Positions 58,764-64,000 of a DNA stretch of 64,000 bases are shown in pieces. Within the stretch, counting starts at the first letter, position 1, and every line of letters starts with the position of its first letter. The stretch spans positions 62,001 to 126,000 of the forward strand of contig JAPMXV010000057.1 in the NCBI GenBank assembly GCA_026936335.1. The letters are read 5' to 3'. Position numbers and translations under genes: made by a program. The notes beneath the pieces were generated by a model. The model had not been told where the DNA came from. It searched no databases and saw nothing but the letters and a program-made list of their open reading frames with translations. The stretch comes from Mantamonas sphyraenae STR306 (Eukaryota; Protista; CRuMs).

Positions 58764-61700
58764 TCAGTACCCTCCATCCCTCCTTGGGGACCCCAACAGC
58801 GACGTGATGTCCTCCTGCAGTGCGCTCAGATCGTGTTCGCTCTCCAGCCTCGCCCCTCGCAACAAGGCATGCACCTCTGCCTGCTCCTTCTGCCTCCTCT
58901 CCCGTTCCCCATCCAACGCCGACCGCAGATTCTGCACTTCCCGCTGCTCCTTGGCCACTTGCTGCGTCGTCACATTCGCCTCCCGTCCCATCCGCTTGTT
59001 CTCCAGTTGCAACGCCCTGTTTTCCCTCTGCAGCTGCTCACACAGCTCCGTCGCTGCGTCCAACTGTGCTGCCAAGTGCACATGCCTGGGTCCCTCGCCA
59101 TCTTCGGAACCGCTGCTGCCGCTGCTGCCACTCCCCATCCCGGCTGCCAATCGCTTCTGCAACTGCTTCACTGTGCCCTCACTCAATGCCAACTGATGCC
59201 TCGCGTCTGCCAGCTGCTGCATGAGAGCTCCCTTTTCCTCCTCGTCGGCCTCATCCAATCCTCCCCTGGCACCAGCCACCGCCAATTCCAGCTCCAGCTC
59301 CTGTGCATGGTCACGCACACGTCGCAGCTCCTCCTGCATGCGTTCCATGCGCTGGTTGTACACCTCGTGTATCTCGTCACGCTCCATGGCGTCTCCACTG
59401 GCCTCCTGTTGGGCCTCCTTCAGCGCAATCGCCAGCTCGTTGCGTTCTTGCTCCAACGCCGCGTATCGTTCGCTCATGTCGCTCATCTGCGAACCCATCC
59501 TGCTCATGCTTGTGTTCAGCAGCGCCTCCTTCTGCTCTGCCGACACCGAACTGACACTGTGTGTGTTTTCCATCTCCCGCACCTGCAGTTCCATCTGGTA
59601 CACCGCCTGCTCCGCTCGATTCACCTCCAGTTCCAACTCGCGCACTCGTGCCTCCAGGTTGCCCACTTCCTCCTGCAGATTCGCCACCTTGGCCATCGCC
59701 GCCTCGCGTTCCCTCGCCACAATCTCGAAATCCGCATCCCTCCGCTTCAGCTCGCTCTCCAACTCCAGCCGCTCCTCCTCTGCACGTCCGCGATATGCTT
59801 CCAGCTCCGCCTGCACGCGTGCCACACCCTCCTGCTTGGCCGTGAGCAACTCTCGCAGCTCTTGCACCTCTTGCGCATTGTTTTCCTGCACCGCCGCCAG
59901 CATCTGCTTGGCTTCGCTCAGCTGCACCCCGCCGTGCTTCACCTCCTTTCGCAACCGCCCGTTCTCCGCTTCCGCTTCGTCTCGTTTGCGTTCCAACTCC
60001 TTCACCTGCCGTCCCAACGCACTCGCCCGCTTGCCACTCTCCTCGCTTTCGGCCCGTGCCTTGTCCAACTCCCCACGCAGTTTGCTCTCGGTGTTGCTTG
60101 CACGCGCTTTGATTTCACCCAACTGTTTCTCTCGCTTGCTTGTCGCCTCCCGGAACTTTTCCTTCAGGTACCGATTCTCCTCGGCCAGCTTTTCCGCCGT
60201 CTCTGCGTCTGCCGTGCTCTTGGCCAACAGTGTCATGCGCTCCCTGTTCATCGACTCCATCTCCGCCTGAAGCTGTCTGTTGAGCTTCTTCAGCGACTCT
60301 GTCTGTTCCTCCAGCGCCGCCTGACGCATTTCCATACGCTGCATCTTCATCGCCTGCTCCCGGTCCGCCTCGTCCAGCATCGTCTTCATCTGCGTACGGA
60401 ATGTGTCGTACTCTTGCGCCACCGCCTCGCCATTACCCTGGGCCACACTCAGCTCGTTCTCCAACCGCTGCAGCTGGCCCCTGCGCCTCTGCCGCCTCCT
60501 TGGCCCTCTCCTCCGCCACCCGTCGCGACTCGGCCGCCGCTGCCGCCCTGTCGCGCAGCAGCTTGTCGATTTGGCCCACCAATCGCTCCGTGTCCTCTTC
60601 TGTGGTGCGACGGTACGCCGCAAAACGTGACCGCATCGTGCGTGCCGCCTCTTCCATGGCTCCCGCGTGCTTCACACTCTCCCCATGGCGTCGTCGCAGC
60701 TTCTGCACCTCCCGTTGCAGGTTGGCAAGCGTCTCCTCCTGCTGCAGCGCACCCGTCCTGCTGCGTGCCAGCGTCTCTTCTGCCTCGGCCTTGTGTCGTC
60801 CCACCTCAGCCTCCAAATCTGCCACCTCAGCCTCCAGCCGCCTGCGTGCACGTTCCTTTTCCTCCACCTTGCGCTCCAAGGCCTCGCGCACCGCTGCCAA
60901 TTCCCGTTCTCCGTTGCTGCGCTGCTCCTTCATCAGTTGCAACTGGCCGCGTGCCGTGTCCTGCAGTGCCAACACGTTGCGTTCTGCGTCTTCCTTCTCT
61001 TGCACATGCATGGCCACACGTGCCTCGTACGTGCTGCGTTCCTTCTTCCGTGAATCCTCCAGGGCAAACACACGCGTGCGCAGACGCGTGCACTCCTCTT
61101 GCAACCCTTCGTTCTCTTTGCTCTCTGCCTCCAGTGCCTCGCGTACACGTTCCATCTCCGCCTGCACCTCACGCACACGTGCCTCCTGGCCCTCCAGCTC
61201 GCCGTGCTCCTCGCGCAGTTCGCTCTCCAGCTTCCCATACTTTTTGCGCCAATTCGCCACCTCGTTCTCCAGCCGCTGCACCTGCATCGCCCAATCCATG
61301 TGTGCCGCGTTGGCTTCGCTTTCACTCTCACTCAACGCCGCCTGCGTCTCGCGCACCAGCTCCCGCAACGATTCGATTTCCTTGCGCGCCTTTTCACGCT
61401 CAAACCGAGCCCCCTGTTCCGCCTCCTCCACGCTGTGTTGCAACACCTTGACCCGATCCGCAAGCTCTTGCCGCTCCTCGCTCAGCGTGTCGTGTTCCTT
61501 CTCGTACGACGCCAACTGGAACTGGGTCGTGCGCAGAGTTGTTTGCAACGTGCTGACCTGCGCCTGCATGCTTGCCATCTGCTCTTCGTACGCCGCCTCG
61601 GCCAGTGCCATCTGTTGCGACACCTCTGCCTCTGTTTCTGCCTGGTGAGTTTCTGCACGCGCCGTCGCTGCCTGCAACTCGGCCAGCGCTTGCTGACCCT

Positions 61701-64000
61701 CCTGCGTGGCCCTCTGCTGTGCCACGAGTTGTGCACGCAGCTCCTGCACGTGTTGCCTCTGTGTCACGTTGTCCTTCTCCAGCTCGGTCAGCCTGTTGCT
61801 CTTCTCCGCATCCAACACCTCCCAATTGCGTGCCTGAGTGCGCATCTGCTCCTGCAACGCCGCATACTCTGCCATGCTTGCCTCGTGCTCCTTCTGTTGG
61901 CTGTCCAGGATGCGTTTGATTTCCCGTTCCATCTCACCCGTGCGTTCCCGTGCCCCGTCCAGCTCACCGCGAAGACGCGCCACCTCCTGGTCCTGTTCGT
62001 ATGCACCGCGTTCCATCAGTTCCATCTGCGTGTTGACACGCTCCATGTGCCGTTCTGCCTCCGCCATGCGCTCTCCATGCGCCTTGTCCTGTGCCAGTTT
62101 CTCTTCGCTCAGCTCGTTGAAATTGTTGCCCAGCTCGATGTGGTCTGCCCACAGCTCGTCGTACTGTTGCTGCAGCTTCTCCACACGCAGCTGCAGCTTG
62201 CGTCGCTCCTCCATGAGGTCTGCCGTCTGTGCACTGTGTCGTCCCATCATTCCACCCATCAGCAGCACGCTGTCGTTGTTCTCCTCCTTTGGCGTGTGTG
62301 CCTCTGCCTGTCTGTGCCTCGGCGTGTCACCACCACTGTGACTGCCGCCTTCGACGTTCCCTCCTGCCTCTCCCGCCTCGCTGGCTGTCTTGCGCCTCAG
62401 GCGCTGCTCCAGCTGCTGCTTCTCACGCTGTGCACGCTGCAGCTTACCCTCGAGCTGCTTCCGTCGCTCCTGTTCACTGGCAAGGGTCTTTTGCACACGG
62501 CGAAGCTCCTTGGAGGCGTCACTGCCCTCTTCTGCCGCACGTGCTTCCAGGCTATTGATCTGCACGCTCATCTCCTGGATCAGCGTCTGCCTGCGTGCCA
62601 CCTCCTCGGCCAGGTGCTTGCGGTCGGCCTGCAGGGCGCTAAACTGGCTCTGCAGTGTGCTCAGCTGCGCGTGAACGGTGTTAAACTCGTTGTGCACCCT
62701 CTCCAACTCCTCCTGCTTGCCCTCCAGCTCGCGTGCGTGCCTTTCCTCCACACTGGCTTGCTGACTCTTGAGCAACTGCAGCTGCCGTTCCATTTCAAAC
62801 AGTTCGTTGTTGTAGCTGAGTTCCGTCTGGTTCAACGCCGTGTGTGCCTCGGCTCGCAGATCCGACAACTGTGCATCGCGCTCCTGCGCCGTAAACTGCA
62901 GCTGCTCCTCCATCTCTGAGATTTCCATTTCGCAGGACAGCACGTGTCGCTTGGCGGCGGCAATTTCCGCATCGGCATTGATTTGCAACGCCGCGAGTTG
63001 TGTCTGCAGCGCACCTTGCTCGCCACGCAGACGTCCGTTCTCCTTGCGCAGTCGCTCCACGTCTGCCAGCAGCACATTCACACTGCTGCCATCAGACGCA
63101 AACACTTCGTTGCGTGCAGGCAGCGACACCTTGAGACCACGCAGACACTCCAGTCGGAGATCGTAGGCACGCTTCTGGGCGTTGCTTGCTTCCACCAGGA
63201 ACGTCATCTGTTGCAACAGTTTGCTGTGTTCGTCCTCCTCAACGTCGTTGTCGTTGTCGTTGTCGTGGTCGTTGTCGTTGTCATCGTCCTCCTCGCGCTC
63301 GCGTCGTGCCACTGTGATGTTCTTCAACGCCAACAAGTCTTCCAGATGCGTCTGGTAGTTGTTGGCATGTTGCGACTGTGCCCTCTGCATGGCCTGCAGC
63401 TCCGCGTTGGCCTGTTCCAGCTTGGCTTCCAGGTCGCGGTTCAGCATGATCCAATGCTCGTGCGAGTTGCCCGCGTGCAACTGTTCCTCGTAACCTTCCA
63501 CCTGCAGCTGCAGCTCCTGGTTCACCCGTTCCGACTCTGCAGCATGTTCCAACAGCACCTGCATGTGATTCTCCGCCATCTGGTGCTGCGACTCTAGGTA
63601 CATAAACATGTTGTCCAGGATTCGCCTGTGTTCCTGTGCCTGTCGTGCGGCCGCCTCGCTGGGAACGATGGATACGGGTACATTGCGTGTCAGTCGGTCG
63701 TCGGTGGCAGTGGGGAGTGGCAGGTGCGCGGGTGGTTGGGCAGGTTGCACCCCGCACAACACTCGACTCTCTTGTACACTCACATGGCGGCTGCGTTGTG
63801 GTTGCCATCAACGCCGTGTGTGCCGTCTGCTGCGCCCACAGGGACGAGCTGGTCCTCATCGTCGTCATCGTCGTTGTTATTGGCACCGTGTTGGCCTTGT
63901 CGAGTGCCGTGCTGCTGTTGCGGCCTGCTCTGTTGGTCTCCATCTGCAGAGGCGCTTGTCAGCTGCAAGAGCTGAACTTGACATTCTTTCAGCTCTGCGT
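58764..64000 (-). CDS. Very long coiled-coil protein (centrosomal/golgin/myosin-tail-like; 5'-partial; apparent 1-nt frameshift near 60480)
   Basis: E/Q/R/L heptad-rich ORFs 60433-63783 and 58764-60623 join as AEAQG|QLQRLENEL if one base of a GGGG/CC run is removed. Confidence 0.7.

Noticed and set aside
60475-60485. Frameshift splitting the coiled-coil gene into two ORFs
   Set aside because: It is a 1-nt excess in a homopolymer with no slippery-site or pseudoknot evidence; likely a sequencing error.
1-64000. CRISPR array, tRNA or rRNA genes
   Set aside because: No repeat-spacer array or recognisable tRNA/rRNA was seen; the repeats are microsatellites and coding trinucleotide runs.

Overview
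Very gene-dense, GC-rich eukaryotic DNA with short GT-AG introns that are often filled with (CA)n/(GT)n repeats. The gene set suggests a flagellated protist (KIF3, DNALI1, SPEF1). About 28 genes are present, mostly housekeeping: PARP6/8-like, Bfr1-like, WD40, PELP1/Rix1, kinesin-2, aspartic protease, UBA5, Vps39/TGFBRAP1, Pumilio, SIN1, DNALI1, amine oxidase, MPP10, RPL18, ALG3, SPEF1, Ras-like, PSMG1, USP, Ku80 and a long coiled-coil protein. The main candidate system is at ~42.4-50.1 kb (minus strand). It is a spliced gene of ~1,750 aa with a Fanzor1/TnpB-type RuvC at the C-terminus and an apparent FEN1/XPG-type PIN nuclease domain at the N-terminus. A structured non-coding region (candidate omega RNA) follows it, and a co-oriented IS630-Tc1-mariner DD34E transposase with a Pax-like N-terminus precedes it. 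Other unusual items are a DFF40/CAD-like nuclease, an apparently circularly permuted pepsin-like protease, an atypical Ras with a switch-II insertion, a modular Cys-rich secreted protein, and runs of co-oriented genes separated by very short spacers. All family assignments come from motif recognition by eye; no database searches were run. Exon boundaries are inferred.
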